Assembly: GCA_046758445.1 (NCBI GenBank)
Contig: JBHIAE010000045.1
Span: forward strand, 1-22,789
From: Candidatus Thorarchaeota archaeon
Lineage (GTDB): Archaea > Asgardarchaeota > Thorarchaeia > Thorarchaeales > Thorarchaeaceae
DNA: 22,789 bases
Reading direction: 5' to 3'
Notes under the pieces: generated by a model
Database searches by the model: none
Seen by the model: the letters and a program-made list of their open reading frames with translations, nothing else
Told to the model about the DNA's origin: nothing
Shown here: positions 8,645-16,513 of the stretch, in pieces
Layout of the letters: each line of letters starts with the position of its first letter
How positions within the stretch are numbered: the stretch's first letter is position 1
Translations under genes and position numbers: made by a program

Positions 8645-9610
8645 CTACTGTATCTTCTTTATTACTTTGCTACGTGACAGAAGTACTACTCTGCTCTTGA
8701 TCTGCTCGTCTTGTACATAGTAGCCTGTTAGGGCAGACAGCTTCTCAGAGAAAGCACGAATCTCCCGGTGTGATGGTGCACTCGATTGACTCAATCGGCT
8801 CCTAGATGAACCAAGGTGCATGTAGCCTTTTACCTCAATGAAGTCTGGCTCACCCTTCAGAATCGTTCTCGCATAGGAGCGCGGCTTGTGCATGTTCTGA
8901 CTGGCAACCATTGTAAGACGATTCACCCGACGACAGGAGAGCGACTGGAGCAGCTCTTGCGACTCGTTGAGTCGTTTCCATCCGTCACCAATACTTGGCC
9001 TGCATAGTATGGCGTAGGTTCGCTCATCTGGCGCGGCTATTGTGATGTAAAGCTGTGTCGGGAGCGACACTTCAGAGAGAACATCTGGTTGTGTTCCATT
9101 GGTCACCAAAAAGGTCGTCATTCCCCGTTTTGTTCCTTCATCAATCAGATCACTCAGGAAAGGATATAGCGTCGGTTCGCCTGCTAAGGAGATTGCTAGG
9201 TGCCTCGGTTCTCTAGCTTCGTTGTACTTCTCCTCCTGCACCTCAGCTCCGGCTTCAGGGTTGTATCCCCCCAGAGAACGAAGATTGGCCATCATAGTTT
9301 CATCAAGCAGATCCGATGCTGACATTACGTCGTCCTCAACCAAGCTTGACTGATTCCAATCTATGCCTATGTCTGCCGGAGTCACTCGCCAACAGAAGCT
9401 ACAACTCTGAGTGCACTTATCGACTACCGGAGTCATCTGAAGACACCTATGGCTCTCGATTCCGTAGAAGCGCTCTTTGTAGCAGACATCACCATGGAGC
9501 AGACTCTTTCTCTGCCACTGGCATGCCTTGTATGCTCCACGCTCGCCCAGTAGATGATACCCCTGCCGCTTGAGCCTCTCTCTCAATTCTGTTGGCATGT
9601 TCGACCTCAA
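8645..9610 (-). CDS. tyw1: 4-demethylwyosine synthase (radical SAM)
   Basis: CYKERFYGIESHRCLQMTP, CTQSCSFC, ISLAGEPTLYP, FLVTNGT, EVKGYMHLGSSR. Confidence 0.95.
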   Translation of the reverse strand: MRSNMPTELRERLKRQGYHLLGERGAYKACQWQRKSLLHGDVCYKERFYGIESHRCLQMTPVVDKCTQSCSFCWRVTPADIGIDWNQSSLVEDDVMSASDLLDETMMANLRSLGGYNPEAGAEVQEEKYNEAREPRHLAISLAGEPTLYPFLSDLIDEGTKRGMTTFLVTNGTQPDVLSEVSLPTQLYITIAAPDERTYAILCRPSIGDGWKRLNESQELLQSLSCRRVNRLTMVASQNMHKPRSYARTILKGEPDFIEVKGYMHLGSSRSRLSQSSAPSHREIRAFSEKLSALTGYYVQDEQIKSRVVLLSRSKVIKKIQ

Positions 9611-9832
9611 TGCTGCGGTCGGTCAGACAGAGCCATGTCTTAAAGAAGTTGTTCAGGAGAATTCGCAGACTTAAAGCGTGCCCACAAGAATAGCCCTCTG
9701 TATCATACTCTAGTGAGGCTCGTGTCTGTGACCAATAATCAATGCACGGATAGGGTATCTAGCAGCAGAGAACTTGGAGAAAGTTGAACATTCATTAGAA
9801 GACTGTTGAATCAACAAGGACACTTCGGTGAT

Positions 9833-9843
9833 GTGCTTTTATA
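9833..9843 (+). promoter_or_regulatory. TATA box GTGCTTTTATA for copy B
   Basis: TTTTATA at 9837-9843. Typical archaeal spacing places the start site near 9865-9867, the base of the first stem. Confidence 0.6.
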
Positions 9844-9864
9844 CTCAGTTCCCGAACAACATCT

Positions 9865-9970
9865 TGAGGCTAACTCGACACAGTTTCAGACCTCAGGGAG
9901 TTCATCCCAGTGCCGTTTCTGGGAGGACACTACTCCCGTGTCCAAGTTTGTCCAACTTACAATAAACGGT
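9865..9970 (+). ncRNA. Candidate structured RNA, copy B (free-standing)
   Basis: Stems TGAGG(9865)/CCTCA(9891), GGGAGT(9896)/ACTCCC(9932) and TCCCAG(9905)/CTGGGA(9919). Loop GCCGTTT is complementary to 3' AAACGGT(9964). No credible plus-strand CDS follows. Confidence 0.65.
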
Positions 9971-10041
9971 AGAGCCTGTGGACTAGTTGGCAAGGGCCGA
10001 TAGAATGAAGCAGGAAGCCACAAACTTCAATCGATGGCAGT

Positions 10042-11307
10042 TCACGAGGATTTAGCAACATCCCTGTTCGAGGCGAGTTTCGTAGCGAACGATTCCTGGG
10101 CACTCCAAGACCCCGTCAGTATCCCTCTTCTTGAGAACTCGCCTAGTGTGCTGCGACTGTCTGCGTCCAGACGCCCGGGTGGCATGTTCTCGAAGGCGCT
10201 TCCCGGGAGTGGCATGAACACGTGTCCATGAACCCTTGCTCCCATCTCCGCGAGTCTCTCGCACATGTAGATGCTAGCGCTCAATTCCTCGGCGGTTTCT
10301 CCCGGAAGACCGAATATCATGTCAACGTGAGGAATGAAACCACTGTCAAGAGCTGTACGGATTGCATCTAGCCCTTCGCTAACAGAATGATGACGATTGC
10401 AGAGGTCTAGAACCCTGTCACTTGCGGACTGAAGCCCAATCTGAAGAGTTTCATTTGACACGTAGGAGCGCATTGTGTCTAGAGCCCCCTTTGTGATGAA
10501 CTCTGGTCTGACTTCTGACGGGAACGCTCCAAAGAAGACCTCCTCAAGACCATCTACCGAGGTAGTTTCCTTCAACAGCTGTTCCAGTCTGTCTAGACTC
10601 ACCTCTCGTCCTCTTCCGCCATATGATAGTGCGTTTGGAGAGAGTAGCCAAGTTCGTCTGAATCCTCTCCTCTGGACTGCTTGGTTCAGCCACCTGACGA
10701 CCGAATCTGCAGATCTGTGTCTTACCCCTCCGCCAGTCAGAAATGGTGTGCAGCAATACTTACAGGCGAAGGAACATCCTCGAGTCACCTCGATTGGACC
10801 TAGAACGTTCATATCAAGTGCGAAAGGTGGATGGTCATCTAACACCACCTTGGGAAGGCGCATTGGAATTGGATATGAGTCCACCCTCTTAGAAACGACT
10901 CCCTCAATCCCCTGAGGGTCCTTGTCATTCATCAAGTGCCAGAGCACATCGGGGAAGACCTTCTCGCCTTCTCCAACGACCACGCAATCAAACCCAGCCT
11001 CTAGGAGATCTGCGGGACGCGCACTTGCGTGAGGGCCGCCCCCTATCAATGTCACCGAGTCGCCAAATTGCTTCTTGACGCTCCTACTCTCATCAAACAC
11101 ACGCTCTGTCTGTGTGCTCATCACAGACTGAGCAACCATGACTGGGCCCTTCTCAATCGCCTTCTGAATCATACCGGCGGAAATCTCAAGGGGCGCACTG
11201 ACCTGCAGCTCTGTCAGTCGACTGTCCATCTCAACGGCGCCTAATAGGGCTGCCACGCTATACCTCGAAGATGAATGGGCTCTGAAGATGAGTTGATGCG
11301 GCCCCAA
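10042..11307 (-). CDS. B12-binding domain/radical SAM protein (TIGR04013-like)
   Basis: GGGPHAS, VVGEGE, EVTRGCSFACKYC, PSEVRPEF, IGLQSASDRVL, DMIFGLPGE, FMPLPGS. Confidence 0.85.
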   Translation of the reverse strand: MGPHQLIFRAHSSSRYSVAALLGAVEMDSRLTELQVSAPLEISAGMIQKAIEKGPVMVAQSVMSTQTERVFDESRSVKKQFGDSVTLIGGGPHASARPADLLEAGFDCVVVGEGEKVFPDVLWHLMNDKDPQGIEGVVSKRVDSYPIPMRLPKVVLDDHPPFALDMNVLGPIEVTRGCSFACKYCCTPFLTGGGVRHRSADSVVRWLNQAVQRRGFRRTWLLSPNALSYGGRGREVSLDRLEQLLKETTSVDGLEEVFFGAFPSEVRPEFITKGALDTMRSYVSNETLQIGLQSASDRVLDLCNRHHSVSEGLDAIRTALDSGFIPHVDMIFGLPGETAEELSASIYMCERLAEMGARVHGHVFMPLPGSAFENMPPGRLDADSRSTLGEFSRRGILTGSWSAQESFATKLASNRDVAKSS

Positions 11308-11321
11308 TCAATACACACGCG

Positions 11322-11915
11322 CTAGTTCTGGACGACTCGCTCGGCGATGCCGTCCTTCGTAACAGTCATGATGCGAATCTCGCCGCCTGACTGGGCATCT
11401 CTTGAGATACCAGCCTTTACAGCTGCAACAGCGATCTTCTCCGCTTCTTTGACCGTCAGACCTTCCTTGTAGTCCTTCTCCAAGACACCGAAGGCGGTCT
11501 GAGTTCCACTTCCTGCGGCAGTGAAGTCTTCAGGCATGAGTGAGCCTCCCATATCAAGAGTATAGAGTGCGGGGCCCTCATCATCAACACCAACCACGAC
11601 AGTCTGCACGTATAGTGGTGCCATTCTCTGTTGATATAGGGTGTTAGAAACCATCTTAGAGAGTGCCTTTACACTAATTGCCTTCTTCTGATTGAGCTCG
11701 TATAGCTTGATGCTCGCTTGAAGCCTGTTAACGAGCATCTGATAGTCTGACGTGAGTCCTGCAGAGGCCAACACAATAGTGTCAGACAGTTTGAACGCCT
11801 TGACTCCTTTGTCAGTAAGAATTAGCGTGCCCCAGCTGATCAGTGAGTCAGTTGCGACGACAGCTCCATCACTGCATTTTAGGCCGACGACAGTTGCACC
11901 AGTAGGAAGTGACAT
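11322..11915 (-). CDS. psmB: Proteasome subunit beta (Thr1 replaced by Ala)
   Basis: TG-ATVVGL, ATDS, AGLTSD, GSG, RDAQSGG. Start reassigned to ATG 11915, which has a GGAGG Shine-Dalgarno site at 11926-11930. Confidence 0.92.
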   Translation of the reverse strand: MSLPTGATVVGLKCSDGAVVATDSLISWGTLILTDKGVKAFKLSDTIVLASAGLTSDYQMLVNRLQASIKLYELNQKKAISVKALSKMVSNTLYQQRMAPLYVQTVVVGVDDEGPALYTLDMGGSLMPEDFTAAGSGTQTAFGVLEKDYKEGLTVKEAEKIAVAAVKAGISRDAQSGGEIRIMTVTKDGIAERVVQN

Positions 11916-11968
11916 TACAACAAGACCTCCGTTGGGTCCTTTAGTCCCGACTAGGGTCAGGTAGGTTC

Positions 11969-11977
11969 TTTTTAAAA
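11969..11977. promoter_or_regulatory. Possible bidirectional TATA (TTTTTAAAA) between divergent psmB and Nog1 genes
   Basis: AT-rich near-palindrome roughly midway between the two start codons. Confidence 0.4.
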
Positions 11978-12034
11978 CGTTTTGACCTGTTCCTTTCCTA
12001 GAAACACAATCCAAGCAGGAATTGATTACGAGAA

Positions 12035-13111
12035 ATGCAGTGGCTGAATCCCTTCACAAAGCTTCCAACCATCTTGACTGCAGAGGAAACTATCGACTTT
12101 GCGCAGAAGAAGTCAACGCGCATCAGCATGAAGAGCTCTCTAAGACTGAAGAGAGTGGAGCGCACTCGCATTCGAGAGATTACAAGACTCCAAGAGTTCA
12201 CCAAGCAGATCAAGACCAAGTTGAAACTGGCAGTGGAGGGCTTCCCGTCTGTAGACCATTTACACCCATTCTACTACGAGCTAACAGAGATACTGGTTGG
12301 TATTGATAGGCTGAAGCAGGCTCTTGGAGCCGTCTACAACTGCATTCCTCCCATAGATGTCATTGCCAACAATCATCTAGAGGCACTAAAGCTGGCAGAG
12401 GACTTTCGTCAGATGAAGAAGACCCGAAGGGCTGCCAAAGGACGAATCTCCTCGGTTGTTAGAGCGACCGCAGCCAACCTGGACTTCATAATAGAGGCCA
12501 AAGAGACCATGTCACGACTTCCAGGAGTGACGCCTGACTCGCCCACCATAGTGTGCGCAGGCTTTCCCAATGTTGGCAAGTCGACTCTTGTGAGGGCTGT
12601 GTCGACTGCAGAGCCTGAGATTGCCCACTATCCTTTCACAACCAAGAAGGTCATCGTCGGTCATCTCTCTGTTGCGAATCAAAATGTCCAGATCATCGAT
12701 ACACCAGGTATCCTGGACAGGCCCATGTCAGAGCGGAACGAGATTGAGAAGCAGGCAATTGCTGCTTTGAAGTATCTCGCACATGTCATCATATTCATGG
12801 TGGATCCCTCTGAGGCTTGCGGCTGGGGACTTGACGACCAATTCAATCTGTACGAGGAGGTTCGAAGAATGTTCCCCCTGAACCCCCTCCTTGTTGTCTT
12901 CAACAAGATAGACATTACTCCGCCAGAACAGCTTGAGAAGGCAAGAGAGAGAGTACCAGGAGCCCGTGAGATCATTGCCACAGAGGGCAAAGGTGTTAGC
13001 GAATTGATAGCCCATGCAATTGAAGAGGTGGACCTTGCTTCTGTCCAAGAGTCTGTGGATGAATTTGTCGCCTCAATCTCAAGACGAGAGCCCAGCTCCC
13101 TTGATAGTTAG
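12035..13111 (+). CDS. Nog1-family (OBG-like) GTPase
   Basis: LHPFYYEL, GFPNVGKS, YPFTTK, DTPGILDRP..ERN.IE, NKID. Confidence 0.92.
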   Translation: MQWLNPFTKLPTILTAEETIDFAQKKSTRISMKSSLRLKRVERTRIREITRLQEFTKQIKTKLKLAVEGFPSVDHLHPFYYELTEILVGIDRLKQALGAVYNCIPPIDVIANNHLEALKLAEDFRQMKKTRRAAKGRISSVVRATAANLDFIIEAKETMSRLPGVTPDSPTIVCAGFPNVGKSTLVRAVSTAEPEIAHYPFTTKKVIVGHLSVANQNVQIIDTPGILDRPMSERNEIEKQAIAALKYLAHVIIFMVDPSEACGWGLDDQFNLYEEVRRMFPLNPLLVVFNKIDITPPEQLEKARERVPGAREIIATEGKGVSELIAHAIEEVDLASVQESVDEFVASISRREPSSLDS

Positions 13112-14152
13112 TCTACCGGGTCCCTCCAGTTCGCCTTCTAGAGATACCTCAACATCTAGGACTCTCTGAGCTGCCCATAGATTGGTCTGGAGGTGCGATG
13201 TGACCTTTGTAATTCCAATCGTGCTTAGGCCATCTGCCAAGGCCAAGTATGGGACAAGCATGTCACACAGATGAGAGTCAACCGCAAATCCCGTTGAGAG
13301 CTCGGCGAGCAATTGATGAGCACATTCTGAGCCAACGTCTTCCGCAGGCTTTCCTCTCTCTCCAAGACTATCAGCACCCAGCCTTGCACCCTTGTTAGAC
13401 TCTGCCCAAATGACAATACCGCTTCCCGCTCCCAGATGCCTATCCTCATTCTTCCGATAAGACTCTCGCTCAATCACGGCCTGTTCTATCCCATTCTCTT
13501 GAAGAACAGATACTGCAGTATCAGCCTGTCGTTCTGCAACATGAGATGGGAGCCTAACACAATGAGAAACTCCCCTGACTTCTTTAAGATCGTCGAATTG
13601 GACAAGCTCGAGCGGTCTCACCTTCTCCACTGGATTGACGGAACAAGACACCTTTCCCCCTCCTCTAGGGAAGTGGCCCCTCTTTCTGGTAGCTAGCTCA
13701 ACACGAGGTCCCATCTTCTGAAGCGTATGTGCAAACACGGCACGCATATAGTCAATTGGTGGACTCCACGCAACATCAGTTCCCCCCGTCAGAGTCAACC
13801 TGATTGGATCCGGTGCCAAGGATGCTGTGGGGAGAGCAGCTTGAAGAACGAGTGAAATAGACCCAGCAGTCCCAATGTCACTACTGAACTGACCTCCTCT
13901 TCTCTCACGAGGTATGAACTCGATTTGTGTACTCCCAATCTCAAGTCCCTTTACTTTCGCGTTTACCAACTGTGCAACCACATCGATTCCTGTCATGTGT
14001 TGTTTCTTGAGGCCTGGCTTTGGCCGTTTTGCACGAATATCTCTGACTCTCACAGGGCGCATTGTAAGGGCTGACAGAGCAATCGATGTGCGTAATATCT
14101 GACCTCCGCCCTCACCACGGGAGCCATTAATCTCTATCATAGTACGAACCAT
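13079..14152 (-). CDS. rtcA: RNA 3'-terminal phosphate cyclase
   Basis: GEGGGQILR, R.KPGL..QH, GGTDVAWSPPIDY, GHFPRGGG, HLCDML, TSHLQTN. Start may be ATG 14140. Confidence 0.95.
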   Translation of the reverse strand: MVRTMIEINGSRGEGGGQILRTSIALSALTMRPVRVRDIRAKRPKPGLKKQHMTGIDVVAQLVNAKVKGLEIGSTQIEFIPRERRGGQFSSDIGTAGSISLVLQAALPTASLAPDPIRLTLTGGTDVAWSPPIDYMRAVFAHTLQKMGPRVELATRKRGHFPRGGGKVSCSVNPVEKVRPLELVQFDDLKEVRGVSHCVRLPSHVAERQADTAVSVLQENGIEQAVIERESYRKNEDRHLGAGSGIVIWAESNKGARLGADSLGERGKPAEDVGSECAHQLLAELSTGFAVDSHLCDMLVPYLALADGLSTIGITKVTSHLQTNLWAAQRVLDVEVSLEGELEGPGRLTIKGAGLSS

Positions 14153-14248
14153 GAAACCTCGGTGTGGCTTTGACAGTTAAGGACTTCCGTTTCTCATTCC
14201 ACTGCCGAAGCCTTATTACATCACACCACCCGTTCGGTTGCGGTAAAC

Positions 14249-14773
14249 ATGAGGTCTCTGTTCATTGGACGTTTCCAACCAGTCCACAAAGGACACGTCC
14301 ATACGGTCAAACAAATCATAGAGAAGGGCGAAGATGTGGTCATTGTGATCGGCAGCGCTCAGTACTCTCATACACCGCACAATCCATTCACAGGTGGAGA
14401 GAGGGTCATGTTCATGAAGCAAGCACTCATTGATGGGGGTCTTCCACTTGATCGCATTGACATAGTGCCTCTCTCAGACATCAACATTCACCCGTTGTGG
14501 GTTGGTCACTTGAGAAGCTTCGTTCCTTATTTTGACAAAGCCTACAGTCACAACTCCCTTGTGAGAAGACTACTGACTGAGGCTGGAGTCAAGGTGTACA
14601 AAACGCAGCTTCTTGAGAGAAACACCTACAGTGCCAAACACATAAGGGACCTCATTCTCTGGGACAACCCCGAGTGGGAAGTCCTGGTGCCCGATTCGGT
14701 TGCGAAGATGATAAAGAAACACAAACTGGATGAGAGGATACGGGAAGTCGGTGAGGTCACGACCAAGCGATGA
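14249..14773 (+). CDS. nadM: Nicotinamide-nucleotide adenylyltransferase
   Basis: GRFQPVHKGH, IGSAQYSHT..NPFTGGER, WEVLVP. Confidence 0.93.
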   Translation: MRSLFIGRFQPVHKGHVHTVKQIIEKGEDVVIVIGSAQYSHTPHNPFTGGERVMFMKQALIDGGLPLDRIDIVPLSDINIHPLWVGHLRSFVPYFDKAYSHNSLVRRLLTEAGVKVYKTQLLERNTYSAKHIRDLILWDNPEWEVLVPDSVAKMIKKHKLDERIREVGEVTTKR

Positions 14774-14922
14774 CAACGCACAGCAGACTTTAAATAAGGA
14801 CACAAGAGGACAGTCAGTTGGTGAACGTCAATGCTAGGTGAACACCTTCCGATTCGATGAAATACTAGTTCTCTGTCCTAGCCAGTGCTCCATATCGCAA
14901 TCAAATCACAGGAGTAGATACC

Positions 14923-16407
14923 ATGAGCAACAATGACAAGAAGGACGAGGCTAGGCAGGTAATCTTCAACATAAGCAAGGAAAAGAACTTTCCAGATTGG
15001 TACGGCGAAATCGTCAAAGTCGCTGAACTTGCAGACATCCGATATGGTGTCAAAGGGTTCACTCCCTTCCTCCCATGGAGCTATATGACCATGGACATCA
15101 TGTTCGGACTCTACGAAGACGCTCTAAGACGGAAACGTCACTTGCCCATGCTATTTCCGACTGTGATCCCTGAAAGCAACCTCAGGAAAGAGGCAGAACA
15201 CGTTGAGGGATTCACGCCTCAGGTGTTTTGGATAAAGGACATTGGCGACGGAGTAGAGCTGGAGGAAAGACTTGCTCTGAGGCCAACAAGTGAAACTGCA
15301 ATCTATCCAATGTACTCTCTCTGGATTAGAAGCTGGCGCGATATGCCTCTGAAGAGATATCAGCGATGTTCAGTCTTCAGGTCCGAAGTCAAGAGCACAC
15401 GACCTTTCCTGAGAGGCCGAGAGTTTCTCTGGATTGAGAGTCACAACGTGTTCGCGACACATGAGGAGGCATTAGCACAGGTAATGGAAGACATTGAAAC
15501 CACCAAGGAGGTCCTCACAGACGACTACAGAATTCCTGTAATGATCTTCAAGAGGACTCAGTGGGACAAGTTTCCAGGTGGGTTGAACACCTATGCAGCC
15601 GATACCTTGATACCAGATGGCAAGGTGATTCAACTTCCGTCCACACACGATCTGGGTGACAACTTCGCCAGGGCTTTTGATATCAAGTATCTCAATGAGA
15701 ACAATGAAACAGAATATGCTTGGCAAACATGCTACGGTCCGGCAGTTTCGAGAATGTATGGTGCCATGATAGCGATTCACGGCGACGACAAGGGTCTCCG
15801 GCTACCCTTCAAACTGGCTCCCTTTCAGGTTGTCATCATTCCGATAATCAAGGGAAGGAATGAGGATGCAGTTCTCAAGTACTGCAGTAAGATAGAGAAG
15901 ACCTTGGCGAAAGCAGGTCTCCGTGTCCATATGGATGACTGTGATATGACACCGGGCTGGAAGTACAACTATTGGGAGATGAAGGGCGTGCCCATCAGAA
16001 TTGAGGCTGGCTCTCGCGATATCAAGGATGAGAAAGTAGTCGTCTTCCGGCGAGACCTAATGACACGTGAGTCTGTGAAACTGAAGGACCTGAAGAAGAA
16101 GGTGAAGAGCCTTGGCAAGCAGATAGATCAGACACTCATGTCCCAAGCAGATGCGAAGTTCGAGGGTCTAGTCGTGAACGCAAACACTCTGGAAGAAGTA
16201 GCTGATGCTCTTGAGAAGAGCAAGATTGCTCGGATACCATTCTGCACTACTGAGATGGAAGGGCTTAGTTGCGCTGAGGAGCTCAAGGACAAGACTGGAG
16301 GAGAGATACGCGGCACAAGGGTTGACCTTGAGGAGAAGGCCGAGGGCGAATGTCTGCTATGCGGGGGTATCGCTCGAGAGATTGTCTACCTAGCCCGTTC
16401 GTATTGA
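14923..16407 (+). CDS. proS: Prolyl-tRNA synthetase, archaeal/eukaryotic type
   Basis: KEAEHVEGF, LRPTSET, RPFLRGREFLW, HGDDKGL.LP, WEMKGVP.RIE, C-terminal Zn-site Cys residues and terminal ARSY. Confidence 0.97.
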   Translation: MSNNDKKDEARQVIFNISKEKNFPDWYGEIVKVAELADIRYGVKGFTPFLPWSYMTMDIMFGLYEDALRRKRHLPMLFPTVIPESNLRKEAEHVEGFTPQVFWIKDIGDGVELEERLALRPTSETAIYPMYSLWIRSWRDMPLKRYQRCSVFRSEVKSTRPFLRGREFLWIESHNVFATHEEALAQVMEDIETTKEVLTDDYRIPVMIFKRTQWDKFPGGLNTYAADTLIPDGKVIQLPSTHDLGDNFARAFDIKYLNENNETEYAWQTCYGPAVSRMYGAMIAIHGDDKGLRLPFKLAPFQVVIIPIIKGRNEDAVLKYCSKIEKTLAKAGLRVHMDDCDMTPGWKYNYWEMKGVPIRIEAGSRDIKDEKVVVFRRDLMTRESVKLKDLKKKVKSLGKQIDQTLMSQADAKFEGLVVNANTLEEVADALEKSKIARIPFCTTEMEGLSCAEELKDKTGGEIRGTRVDLEEKAEGECLLCGGIAREIVYLARSY

Positions 16408-16513
16408 ATAGGTGTCTTGGTCCCTGACCCGGGACCAGACTACACCTTTTTCTAGAACACCATGCACGTATGTCTTCGATGTCACTGAATTTGAGCCAAT
16501 GGAGGGCGTTTGG

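Larger units (their letters stand above)
9746..9970 (+). repeat. Copy B of the duplicated non-coding element
   Basis: Aligns to the reverse complement of 4791-4977. My hand count over the 3' 106 nt gives about 84/107 identical columns. Confidence 0.9.

Noticed and set aside
9865-9970. Assignment to tRNA, 5S rRNA, SRP Alu domain, HDV/twister ribozyme or ZTP riboswitch
   Set aside because: Only short superficial matches (e.g. UCCCAG...GGGAGG). No cloverleaf or T-loop, and the catalytic or ligand cores are not present in both copies.
11916-12014. N-terminal extensions given by the ORF track for psmB (also pcm 6540-6593 and the dehydrogenase 16412-16513)
   Set aside because: They run through likely promoter or intergenic sequence. 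Downstream starts fit the family N-termini and, for psmB and the dehydrogenase, have Shine-Dalgarno sites.
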